NCBI GenBank assembly: GCA_018669945.1
Contig: JABHTA010000026.1
Location: forward strand, 1 to 55,269
Direction of reading: 5' to 3'
Length of the DNA: 55,269 nt
Source of the DNA: Flavobacteriales bacterium
Lineage (GTDB): Bacteria > Bacteroidota > Bacteroidia > Flavobacteriales_G > NORP312
Shown: in pieces, positions 19,501-26,213 of the stretch
Layout of the letters: each line of letters starts with the position of its first letter
Numbering within the stretch: the stretch's first letter is position 1
Translations under genes and position numbers: made by a program
Notes under the pieces: model-generated
The model's database searches: none
Seen by the model: only the letters and a program-made list of their open reading frames with translations
Told to the model about the DNA's origin: nothing

Positions 19501-21779
19501 CTACCACTTGTGCAAATTCTCCATTAGTTACTTTAACTGGAACTGTATTGCTAGCTTCAGGTGGAACATGGACTAGCAATGGAACGGGTACTTTTGCCGA
19601 TGTAAATTCACTTTCAACAACTTATACCGCAAGTAACATTGATACTGCTTTAGGTTCTGTAACAATTTATTTGACAACAACAGGAATTGGAACTTGTAGC
19701 GCTCGAACTGATAGTGTTGAATTCATCTTCGATCCATTACCAATTGCTAATGCTGGTGCCGATAATGCAGTGTGTGTAACTAGCCCGGTATCGGGCCTAG
19801 CTGGTTCCGTTTCAAATGCGACAGGTAGTGTTTGGTCAACTAATGGAACAGGCTCCTTCAGCAGCGCTGCAGACCTCAACGCAAACTACTACGGAACTCC
19901 TGCCGACACAGCTGCTGGTAGTGTTTTCATTTTTCTTACCACAACAGGAAACAGTTTATGTCCAGCAAATGAAGATACCATGGTATTAAGCTTTACCCCT
20001 GATATGATTTCTGTTTTTGCGGGAAACGACTCTATTATTTGCTCAGCTACAACTCAACTAAATGGAGTTGTTAATATTGCTACCGGCGGTGTTTGGACAA
20101 CCTCTGGAACTGGAACATTCTTACCCGCCGATTCGTTGCTAAACGCTAGCTATCAATTCAGTACTGCTGATACATCTGCTGGCACTGTAAATTTGTACCT
20201 AACATCAACAGGAAATGGCGGCTGTCTCGGATCAAGTGATACCGTTACTTATTCTTTTGCTGATTTAATTACATTAAATGCATCCGTTTTTGATACGACA
20301 TGTGCAATTCCATTTCCGATTCCTATTAATGTTTCAGTCTCTACAGGTTCTATAATATGGTCAACACTTGGAGATGGGACTTTCGACCCATCAGCTACTG
20401 CCGCAAGTTCAAATTACATTCCAGGAGCAACCGATCTGATTAATGGGAGTGTGATTCTTATTGCAACGTCGCAAAACAATGGCACTTGCGCAGCACAAAC
20501 CGACACTTCATTAATTACTTTTGTTCCAGCGCCTACTGCTGACTTTACTTCAACCCAAGTTTGTGCTAACGACTCAACACAATTTACCGATGCCTCTTTT
20601 GCAGTAGATGGTATTATTAATTGGTTCTGGGGCTTTGAAAATGGAGATACTAGTATTGCACAAAACCCAAGCTACTCATTCTCCCTAGGTGGTATCTATA
20701 ATGTTACATTAACTGTGACCTCAACAAACGGATGTACAGACACTACGGTTGCTTCAGTTACAGTAAGCTCTGATCCATTAGCTGGATTTACTAGCACAGC
20801 TAACTGCTTTGTCGATTCTGTTGTGTTTTCAGACACCTCTTTCGTTAACATTGGTTCTATATCGAATTGGGATTGGGATTTTGGAGATGGAAATTCAGAT
20901 ACGATTCAGAATCCAATCAACTTCTACCCTGGTCCTGGATCTTATGATGTTACTCTAATTGTTACTTCTTCAGATGGTTGTGTTGATTCTATAGTTATTG
21001 CAACCTCTGTAAACCCAAATCCTTTTGCAGACTTCACTTACATAATAAATTGTGTGAACCAACCGATAGTATTTAACGATGCTTCATCGGTCTCTAGTGG
21101 CTCTATTGCGAATTGGGAATGGGATTTTGGAAACGGGAACCAAACCACGGAACAAAGTCCTGAATATTTCTATTCGACTTCTGGAACATACGCAGTTACA
21201 TTTATTACTGAATCTGCACAAGGTTGTGTTGACACTTTACAACAAGCAATCACTGTAAATCCTTCTCCAACAGCTGCATTTACTATGTCTCCTCTGATTG
21301 TTGAATTGTTTGAAAATATTGTTTTCACAGATCAATCTACCGACGCAGTTACTTGGGACTGGAACTTTGGCGATGGGATAGGTACGGATGTTTCTCCAAA
21401 CCCAGAATACAGTTATCTTGACACGGGCCTATTTGTTACGGAATTAATAATCGAAAACCAATACGGCTGTCCCGATACAGCCACCGGAGAAATCGCCGTT
21501 GTAATGACTCCAATTGTACCTGCTGGTTTTTCTCCTGATGGAAATGGTGAAAATGATATACTATATGTTTTGGGTGGCCCATATACGTCTCTTGATTTTA
21601 AGATTTATAACAACTGGGGAGAGTTAATATTCACCTCAAGAGATCAAGGGAATGGTTGGGATGGAACTAGAGATGGGGTTGACCAGCCGATTGGCGTATA
21701 CATTTTTACCTTAGATGCTGTAAGGTTAGATGGAACAGAATACAAACAGGTTCATGGCGACATAACACTTCTAAGATAA
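13578..21779 (+). CDS. giant T9SS type-B-CTD cargo protein (repeat-rich surface adhesin-like, 2733 aa)
   Basis: Single uninterrupted ORF. Order of parts: N-terminal IIGGELNY..LYRNC domain; 2 PKD-like domains; 5 x 83-aa repeats; 14 x ~88-aa repeats; 4 PKD-like domains; C-terminal gliding-motility-type CTD (FSPDGNGENDILYV..IYNNWGELIF..GWDG..GVYIF). The start is ambiguous: ATG 13578 or 13602, TTG 13626 or 13641. The hydrophobic signal core begins at about residue 43. Confidence 0.9.
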   Translation: MKHILTQVMQQNLHPKLTFGVLRETKNNINCLFKLTSRNRRLVWIFIVVLFIAPFSSIGSHIIGGELNYVSLGNFQYEVTLKLYRNCYDPLADYPDPAVIEVFNADGSDAGFTIDIPFPGADTLDLLYGNQCFIPPTDVCVQEAIYIDTVTFAPQSPEFLLAFNLCCRNGSVLNLNNPSNQRATYTELVHFETIANNVSVGPLGASRDSSAGNTGSVDYFNWGTIGSGNLAANDGIYDTIYCNSMDNNDMTEYLWALGHGFNIPTGAIIHGIQVEIDRHVDPDREVDDEDIYIVKNGVATGTDHENNTDWRDFDQTRTYGNATDLWGTTWTAADINSGNFGVAIAAESNSGNNNVNTTIYVDYVGITVWYSLYDDIANNSPEFNNFPPIFVCIGDTLKFDHTANDTVYDADGDSLVYSLCEPYEDYSNGNTPPIDPVNWAGGFNGTNQLGGGANVISIDALTGELIAYPTLQGQYQLGMCATEYREDTVLYVHKRDFQFNAVACVAIVSSAVPSYNPPCGNNTVTFQNDSSGAFTQFWDFGDPSVTNDTSYSEAPTWTYSDTGTYTVTLIINQGLTCADTGTATVTVRRAVDAGYTFDGTCALTTINFTDTSTVSLGTLDTWQWSFPSGTPATTTAQNPSVSFTSGVHNVELIVGSDAGANCSDTANYSITITDAPTVDAGNNASMCGGSTALIGGSPTASGSGTSFTYSWTNSASLDDGSIANPTSNTTITAVYQVSVIDNFGCSNTDDVTVTPSSIPTANAGSNLSNCSGSGIVIGGAPTATGGGTSYTYSWSNSGSLDDGTIANPTSNTTATITYSVTITDNNGCTDVDAVTVTPNALPTADAGSNSSLCQGSNLIIGGSPTAIGGGTSYTYDWSNSGSLDDGTIANPTSNTTATTTYSVTVTDNNGCIDVDAVTVTSTGIPTANAGNDVSMCGGTTAIIGGSPTASGAGTSYTYLWSNSGSLDNGAIANPTSNATVTTVYDLTVTNNFSCTATDAMTVTPSSLPTADAGNNVTICEGNSVAIGGTPTATGGGSSYTYSWSNSSTLDDGSIANPTSSTTITTTYSITVTDNNGCFDIDVVSVTVNPAPTVNAGSSAELCSDVGSVALAGSSSNGTVSWSTNGDGTFSNNAIDNPTYNFGTTDQTGGVITLTMDVIGNAICGTATDAISLTITPAPVANASGDWSICEDETGYTIIGASSANGTLSWTSSGDGTFVDASIDNPTYNIGSTDITNSLVTLTMNVSANGSCSGTSNDMILSISPGPTIDAGLNDTTCANNAVITLNGSVAVASGFTWVSLGSGSFDNATNPTAVYTASTGDISTGSVQIYNTSTGNGGCIAVNDTMLYVIQPTPIVDAGNDTTICPNLLPVQLSASVTGATGIVWTTSGTGTFSNSTLLSPTYTPTTIDTSAGLVTLYTTTTGNGFCSSITDSLVIDYAPLPVIDAGNDTVICNNVPSIPLNGTVSGGPGAVWSSLGFGSFTPNDSTLNGNYLVAPGDVSGGLFQLVLSSYGGCLVITDTINVTVTPFVDAGADTAVCSGTNSVVLNGTLSNAGGITWSSLGDGTFVDNTDLNTTYNFGTNDITNTSFTLVLTSTGNGSCPAAKDSIDISILAPPSITVGADTTVCKSQVSIQVSGTVTNSTGGFWTSTGSGTFSPNDSLLTTTYFLSSGDTALSSVDLIFSNFGGCAVITDTITIDYLPAVLVDAGSDQIICSGQSVVNIAGGITNATGGIWSTTGTGSFTNSTSLTTDYFPTSADTLSGIIYLTLTSTGNGLCETVADSIQLSFTSSEFADAGPDIAACSFTPPVAMNGVITNATGALWTTLGTGGFFDNSSLLNTNYTPSPLDTLNGSVDLVLTTNGLSCLANSDTMTLSFIDPPTTNAGSNITNCVNILGEPLFGSATNASGYGWTTLGSGSFNPDTFSLTNSYISSISDTTAGSVSLVLTAFGFNGCPSASDTIDIVYSTGPSVDAGGGTTTCANSPLVTLTGTVLLASGGTWTSNGTGTFADVNSLSTTYTASNIDTALGSVTIYLTTTGIGTCSARTDSVEFIFDPLPIANAGADNAVCVTSPVSGLAGSVSNATGSVWSTNGTGSFSSAADLNANYYGTPADTAAGSVFIFLTTTGNSLCPANEDTMVLSFTPDMISVFAGNDSIICSATTQLNGVVNIATGGVWTTSGTGTFLPADSLLNASYQFSTADTSAGTVNLYLTSTGNGGCLGSSDTVTYSFADLITLNASVFDTTCAIPFPIPINVSVSTGSIIWSTLGDGTFDPSATAASSNYIPGATDLINGSVILIATSQNNGTCAAQTDTSLITFVPAPTADFTSTQVCANDSTQFTDASFAVDGIINWFWGFENGDTSIAQNPSYSFSLGGIYNVTLTVTSTNGCTDTTVASVTVSSDPLAGFTSTANCFVDSVVFSDTSFVNIGSISNWDWDFGDGNSDTIQNPINFYPGPGSYDVTLIVTSSDGCVDSIVIATSVNPNPFADFTYIINCVNQPIVFNDASSVSSGSIANWEWDFGNGNQTTEQSPEYFYSTSGTYAVTFITESAQGCVDTLQQAITVNPSPTAAFTMSPLIVELFENIVFTDQSTDAVTWDWNFGDGIGTDVSPNPEYSYLDTGLFVTELIIENQYGCPDTATGEIAVVMTPIVPAGFSPDGNGENDILYVLGGPYTSLDFKIYNNWGELIFTSRDQGNGWDGTRDGVDQPIGVYIFTLDAVRLDGTEYKQVHGDITLLR
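15612..16856 (+). repeat. five in-frame tandem repeats of 249 bp (83 aa) inside the giant CDS
   Basis: Consensus (D/N)AG.N.S.C.G....IGG.PTA.G.GTSYTY.WSNSGSLDDG.IANPTSNTT.T.TYSVTVTDNNGC.D.DAVTVTP....PTA. A 38-nt block is identical at 15957..15994 and 16206..16243, an offset of 249. Confidence 0.85.
16857..20540 (+). repeat. fourteen degenerate in-frame tandem repeats of about 88 aa (about 263 bp)
   Basis: Recurrent pattern DAG.D...C.......L.G.V..A.G..W...G.G.F......L...Y.P...D...G.V.L.LT..GNG.C....D.........P, with two conserved Cys per unit. Counted by eye from the translation. Confidence 0.75.
20541..21509 (+). repeat. four tandem PKD-like domains
   Basis: Four units each show F.D.S......W.WDFGDG..S...NP...Y...G.Y.VTL.V.S..GC.D. 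Confidence 0.75.
21510..21776 (+). other. T9SS type-B C-terminal sorting domain (gliding-motility-associated CTD)
   Basis: PIVPAGFSPDGNGENDILYVLGG...FKIYNNWGELIFTS...GWDGTRDG...GVYIFTL...GDITLLR at the extreme C-terminus. Confidence 0.8.
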
Positions 21780-22777
21780 TGAAGAAACTATTTGTCATAT
21801 TCATTTTATCAGTGCTGCTAGGAAATATCTTTGCCCAAGACTTTCACCTATCGCAGTTTGAAGCCTCTCCCATGCACCTAAACCCGGCAATGACAGGAGC
21901 TTTTGAAGGTGACCATAGATTAAGTTTACACTATAGAAACCAATGGCGAAGTTTAGCAACTAAACCATTTGTTTCTTCCGCGCTATCTTACGATGCTCCA
22001 ATTAAAAAAGTAAAAGGATTAAAACTAGGGGGCTTCATTTTAAATAATCGTGCAGGCCAAGGTAACTATAACGCCATGAATATGGTTATTTCTGGATCTT
22101 ACGATTATTCTCTCAAATCAAGACCTCACCACCACTTTCTACCAGGAGTGCAATTTGGCTTTATTCATAAAAGTGTTAACATTGATAAACTTTCCTTTGG
22201 TTCCCAATATACTCCGCAAAATGGTGGCGGCTTAAACCCAGATATTCCCAGCGATGAAATTTTTACGAATCAAAGTCTATTTCTGTTTGACTTAAACATT
22301 GGAGGGCTTTACTATTTTTCGAGTGATATGAGCAGGTTAAATCCGTTTATTGGCGGTTCCATATTTCATGTTACTCAGCCAAAAGAATCATTTTATGGTT
22401 CAAATAACCGATTGCCAAGGAGGTTTTTAGCGCATGGTGGAGCCAAATATAATTTATCTCAAAAAATTCAAATTAGTGGGTATGTATTGGCAATGCAACA
22501 AACTAATGACCGCGAATTAAACGCAAGCCTTTTCGGTTACTACTATTTCAAAAATTCAGATACCTATATTATGTATGGCAATACCTGGAGAAGTAAAGAT
22601 GCAATCCTTTTTCACTTAGGACTAAAATATAGAGAATTCGTTTATCGCTTCACTTATGACATCAACACTTCAGCGTTATCTACAATTACTAATGGAAGAG
22701 GTGGATTAGAAATGTCAATCGTTTATATTCTTAAAAACTTCAACCCCGAACCTGTTCAAGGCTGCCCTAGATTATGA
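21779..22777 (+). CDS. PorP/SprF family T9SS membrane protein (type-B CTD partner)
   Basis: The signal peptide is followed by QDFHLSQFEASPMHLNPAMTG and YRNQWRSL, which are PorP/SprF hallmarks. The ATG overlaps the cargo stop (TAATG). Confidence 0.85.
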   Translation: MKKLFVIFILSVLLGNIFAQDFHLSQFEASPMHLNPAMTGAFEGDHRLSLHYRNQWRSLATKPFVSSALSYDAPIKKVKGLKLGGFILNNRAGQGNYNAMNMVISGSYDYSLKSRPHHHFLPGVQFGFIHKSVNIDKLSFGSQYTPQNGGGLNPDIPSDEIFTNQSLFLFDLNIGGLYYFSSDMSRLNPFIGGSIFHVTQPKESFYGSNNRLPRRFLAHGGAKYNLSQKIQISGYVLAMQQTNDRELNASLFGYYYFKNSDTYIMYGNTWRSKDAILFHLGLKYREFVYRFTYDINTSALSTITNGRGGLEMSIVYILKNFNPEPVQGCPRL

Positions 22778-24891
22778 ATAGTAAAGTTACAGGAATAATT
22801 ACATTGCTAGTTTTAGTATTTAGCTTATCAGTTTTTGGGCAAACTAGAGAAGACTTATTGCGCATGGGAAATGATGCATATGATGCAGAAAAATATGCCT
22901 CTGCAGCCTACTTTTACAATAAAATTGCCACCGGTAGCAATGGCGGAATTGAAGAAGTTGTTTATCCTTACGATTTAAAGCATTCTAATCGAATTAAAAA
23001 AGAAAAAATTGATTCTTTGCAAACAGATACTACAGCGATTGACTCACTGACGGCTCTCGACACAACAACATTTAAAATTTCTACTGCCGAAATCACAGAA
23101 GATTCGTCGGGCTTGAATATCGAATTGAGCATTGAAGATGTAGAAATGGTGTTTGTACATCACAGGCTTGCTGAATCCTATAGATTAGACTACAACTATG
23201 ATCGTGCTGAAACTTGGTACAAAAAAGCAGTCAAATCTCCTCATCGAGAATTCCCCATAGTCGTTTATAGATATGGAGAAATTCTCATGAATAATGAGAA
23301 ATACGAAGAAGCTCGAGATCAATTTTCAGAATTTGTTTCAAATACCCCCGCGGAAGGCAAAGGCTCTGAATTAAGAAATGATGCTAAACAAAAAATGAAG
23401 AGTTGCAATTATGCGCTTAAAAATGAAGGTTATGTTAAGAACATAACCGTTGCAAAGTTAGACTCAGTATTGAATAATGGAACTGCTGTTTTTGGTGCAT
23501 CATTCTTCGGTAACGAATCCACTATTGCATATTCATCTACTACCATAAATCAAGACAAATCTGATCAAAACGAAACTTACAACTTGTATTTTAGTGCACA
23601 TGGGAACGATTCTTGGAGTGCTCCTGAACTCATCCCAAGTCCACTTTCAACAGCAGTAAACGAAGGCTCTGCTTGCATTAATCCTAAAGGAAGTAAACTC
23701 TACTTTACTAGATGGAGCAAAGATGAATGTGCGATATATGCCAGCAATAACTTTAATGGAAAATGGATGGAGCCCTATAAGCTAGAAGACATAAACATCG
23801 AGGGCTATAAAACGATGAACCCCAACCTCTCGTTGGATGGTAAAACTCTATATTTCTCTAGTAATAAAGAAGGTGGTCATGGCGGTATGGACATCTGGTC
23901 ATGTACTTTAGATAGGTGGGGGCATCCTAAAAATATTGGGAATTTAGGAACTAGAATCAACACCTCTGGAAATGAGATCTCCCCGTATATGCACTCTCAA
24001 GGCAACAAGCTTTATTTTAGCTCAACTGGGCATTCTGGTTTCGGAGGTTTAGACGTTTTTTCAAGCGAATTTGATGAAGATTTTGGTTGGACAAAAGCCC
24101 AAAATCTTGGTAAACCCATTAACTCGGGAAGAGATGATTCGTACTACATTACCTCGTTTGATGCGAAACATAGTTTCTTTTCTTCAGATAGAGAAAGTTG
24201 TGATGACTGTGGACACGGAAACTGTATAAAACTTTATTCTTGCGAACAGGGTCCTCCAAAATTCTTTTTAGACGGTTTTGTCTTTGACTCAGAAACTGAT
24301 ATTGAAATCTCTGGTGCTAAGGTTACAATAATGGACGTTAAGCTTCATGAAGTTGCTGCTATAATCGAAACCGATGAAACGGGTTATTATTCCATTAATT
24401 TAGAGGTTAACAAAATATATTTTATTAAAGGGCAAAAAGAAGGATATTTCGGAGACGCCAATTCAGTTACTACAATGGGGTTAACGGCTTCAAAATCATT
24501 CATGGTAGATTTGTACCTAAATGTCATACCTCTAGGAGAAATTAACATCCCTGGCATAGAATATGACTATGATAAATCTACACTAAGAGATACATCAAAA
24601 ATTATTTTAGATGAGCTTTATGATTTCCTTGTTTTAAACAACAACCTACAAGTTGAACTCCGCTCGCATACGGATCATCGTGGAAGTCACGATTATAACA
24701 TGACACTTTCTCAAGAAAGAGCTCAGTCGTGTGTCAACTATTTGGTCGCTAAAGGAATTAACATAAAGAGAATAACCCCTGTAGGACTAGGGGAAACAGA
24801 TCCAATTATTCCAAATGCAGAGTCTGAAGAAGATCATCAGCGCAACAGAAGAACAGCGTTCTATGTTGTTGGACAACATTTTGGTGAATGA
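22774..24891 (+). CDS. OmpA-family protein with TPR, TolB-like beta-propeller (PD40) repeats and a CarboxypepD_reg-like domain
   Basis: C-terminal OmpA_C domain (IEYDYDKSTL..ELRSHTDHRGSHDYNMTLSQERAQSCVNYL..GLGETDP). There are repeated S..G..LYFSS motifs and a FVFDSETD..ETDETGYYSINL domain. ATGA overlap with the upstream gene. Confidence 0.85.
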   Translation: MNSKVTGIITLLVLVFSLSVFGQTREDLLRMGNDAYDAEKYASAAYFYNKIATGSNGGIEEVVYPYDLKHSNRIKKEKIDSLQTDTTAIDSLTALDTTTFKISTAEITEDSSGLNIELSIEDVEMVFVHHRLAESYRLDYNYDRAETWYKKAVKSPHREFPIVVYRYGEILMNNEKYEEARDQFSEFVSNTPAEGKGSELRNDAKQKMKSCNYALKNEGYVKNITVAKLDSVLNNGTAVFGASFFGNESTIAYSSTTINQDKSDQNETYNLYFSAHGNDSWSAPELIPSPLSTAVNEGSACINPKGSKLYFTRWSKDECAIYASNNFNGKWMEPYKLEDINIEGYKTMNPNLSLDGKTLYFSSNKEGGHGGMDIWSCTLDRWGHPKNIGNLGTRINTSGNEISPYMHSQGNKLYFSSTGHSGFGGLDVFSSEFDEDFGWTKAQNLGKPINSGRDDSYYITSFDAKHSFFSSDRESCDDCGHGNCIKLYSCEQGPPKFFLDGFVFDSETDIEISGAKVTIMDVKLHEVAAIIETDETGYYSINLEVNKIYFIKGQKEGYFGDANSVTTMGLTASKSFMVDLYLNVIPLGEINIPGIEYDYDKSTLRDTSKIILDELYDFLVLNNNLQVELRSHTDHRGSHDYNMTLSQERAQSCVNYLVAKGINIKRITPVGLGETDPIIPNAESEEDHQRNRRTAFYVVGQHFGE

Positions 24892-25505
24892 TAATGATGC
24901 GCCTGCCTGTATATATTCTTTCTTTGTTGCTTAGTTTGTCTGTTTTTTCTCAAGAAGCAGGTCTACTTAAAGCGGAAATAAAAACAAAAAGCAAACTTAA
25001 TAAATTAAGTAAATCTCAAGGCTTCGAATTAGTGGGCATCTCCGCTCGATTCGGAAAAGGGATGGAAAATGTCACCAAAGTTGAAGAGTCCGTAACTAGC
25101 ATTGTATATTCTGGAGATACGCTTTTAGTTGAAGTTTCTCTTGTTGCGAATTGCTGTGCTTCATTTATTGCTGAATTAGAGACAACTAATGATAAAATAT
25201 TAAATTTCGTTTTCGAAAAAAACGATATAAATTGCCTCTGCTTAAAAGGTATTTATCTTACTTACCAAATAATTGCCGAAAAAGGAGAATACACTTTTCA
25301 AATGAATGGTGCCCCGATTAAAATGCGAAAAATTGACCCAAATGCAGAAACCGAAGAAATGGAGCTCTGGGATAACGGTAACATGAAGTCAATCAAAGTG
25401 TTCATTGGTGGAGTCCTGCATACAGAACATCTATTTAATGAGGCCGGTAATAGAACAAAATCTTTATTCTATAAGGGCAAAGAAGTAACTGAAAAAGTTT
25501 ATTAA
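24888..25505 (+). CDS. secreted hypothetical protein (C-terminal MORN/YwqK-like repeats suspected)
   Basis: ATGA overlap with the ompA-family stop. Signal peptide MRLPVYILSLLLSLSVFSQ. The C-terminal ELWDNGNMKSIKVF..HTEHLFNEAGNRTKSLFYKG resembles MORN-variant repeats. Confidence 0.6.
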   Translation: MIMMRLPVYILSLLLSLSVFSQEAGLLKAEIKTKSKLNKLSKSQGFELVGISARFGKGMENVTKVEESVTSIVYSGDTLLVEVSLVANCCASFIAELETTNDKILNFVFEKNDINCLCLKGIYLTYQIIAEKGEYTFQMNGAPIKMRKIDPNAETEEMELWDNGNMKSIKVFIGGVLHTEHLFNEAGNRTKSLFYKGKEVTEKVY

Positions 25506-25733
25506 AAAGTATTTGGTTTTATCTTAGAATTCGCATTAATTAGTTTTTATCATTTTTCGCATAAATCATGATTTCACAAAAAATACAAACTATAAAAATC
25601 AACGATTTAGTTTTTTTACATTTTACTAAATAAGACAAAAATTAGGGGATTTTAAGTTAATGCGACTGAACCCGATTATCTTTCGCTAAAAAACCCCCTT
25701 AATTCTGTTGTTGCATGGTTGTTGTTCGAATGT

Positions 25734-25741
25734 TACATTTG
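25734..25741 (+). promoter_or_regulatory. Bacteroidota sigma-A -7 box (TACATTTG)
   Basis: Exact TAnnTTTG match, 8 nt upstream of the ATG at 25749. This implies a very short leader. Confidence 0.3.
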
Positions 25742-25748
25742 CCAACTG

Positions 25749-26213
25749 ATGAGTAGACCTAGTTTTGATAATATTTATATGGACCTCGCTATTAATTTAG
25801 CCAAGCGTTCGCATTGTGTAAAACAACATGTTGGTGCTGTACTCGCTAAAGACACGCGAATTGTCTCGTTAGGTTACAATGGTCCGCCATCTGGCACACA
25901 TAACTGTGATAAAGAATGGCCAGAAGACGGATGCCCTAGAAGCTCTAAAGGCAGTTGCTCTCTTGCTCTTCATGCTGAAGAAAATGCAATTCTATATGCT
26001 GCGAAAAATAAAGTTGACCTCGACGGCTCTTCTCTTTATGTTACCCTTTCACCTTGTTTACCTTGCGCAAGAATGATTTATACTTCAGGGATAAAAACAG
26101 TTTACTTTTTAAATTCTTACGCAACTTACAAGGGAATTGATGTTGATGAAGGTGTTGAATTTCTTCGAAAATTTGGTGTTGATGTAAAGCACTATAAAAA
26201 AATCGATGAGTAA
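25749..26213 (+). CDS. deoxycytidylate (dCMP) deaminase
   Basis: Zinc-binding HAEENAI and PCLPCARMI motifs. The ATG at 25749 is preferred over the upstream TTG at 25719. Confidence 0.85.
   Translation: MSRPSFDNIYMDLAINLAKRSHCVKQHVGAVLAKDTRIVSLGYNGPPSGTHNCDKEWPEDGCPRSSKGSCSLALHAEENAILYAAKNKVDLDGSSLYVTLSPCLPCARMIYTSGIKTVYFLNSYATYKGIDVDEGVEFLRKFGVDVKHYKKIDE

Noticed and set aside
14265-19879. Many 60-85-aa ORFs in other frames or on the other strand within the giant cargo gene (for example 14265..14522, 16633..16818, 17012..17497, 19358..19879)
   Set aside because: All are nested in one 8.2-kb uninterrupted reading frame with clear domain structure. The repetitive, codon-biased sequence generates long alternative frames by chance.
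15612-20540. Regularly spaced repeats considered as a possible CRISPR or non-coding array
   Set aside because: The periods are multiples of 3 (249 nt exactly, and about 263 nt on average) and the repeats are in frame and translated as protein repeats. There are no short direct repeats with unique spacers and no cas genes.
25643-25703. Imperfect inverted repeat (TTAGGGGATTTT ... AAAAACCCCCTTAA) in the spacer before the dCMP deaminase gene
   Set aside because: Only a GGGG/CCCC core pairs cleanly, with mismatches on both sides and a loop of about 35 nt. That is too weak to call a terminator or riboswitch.
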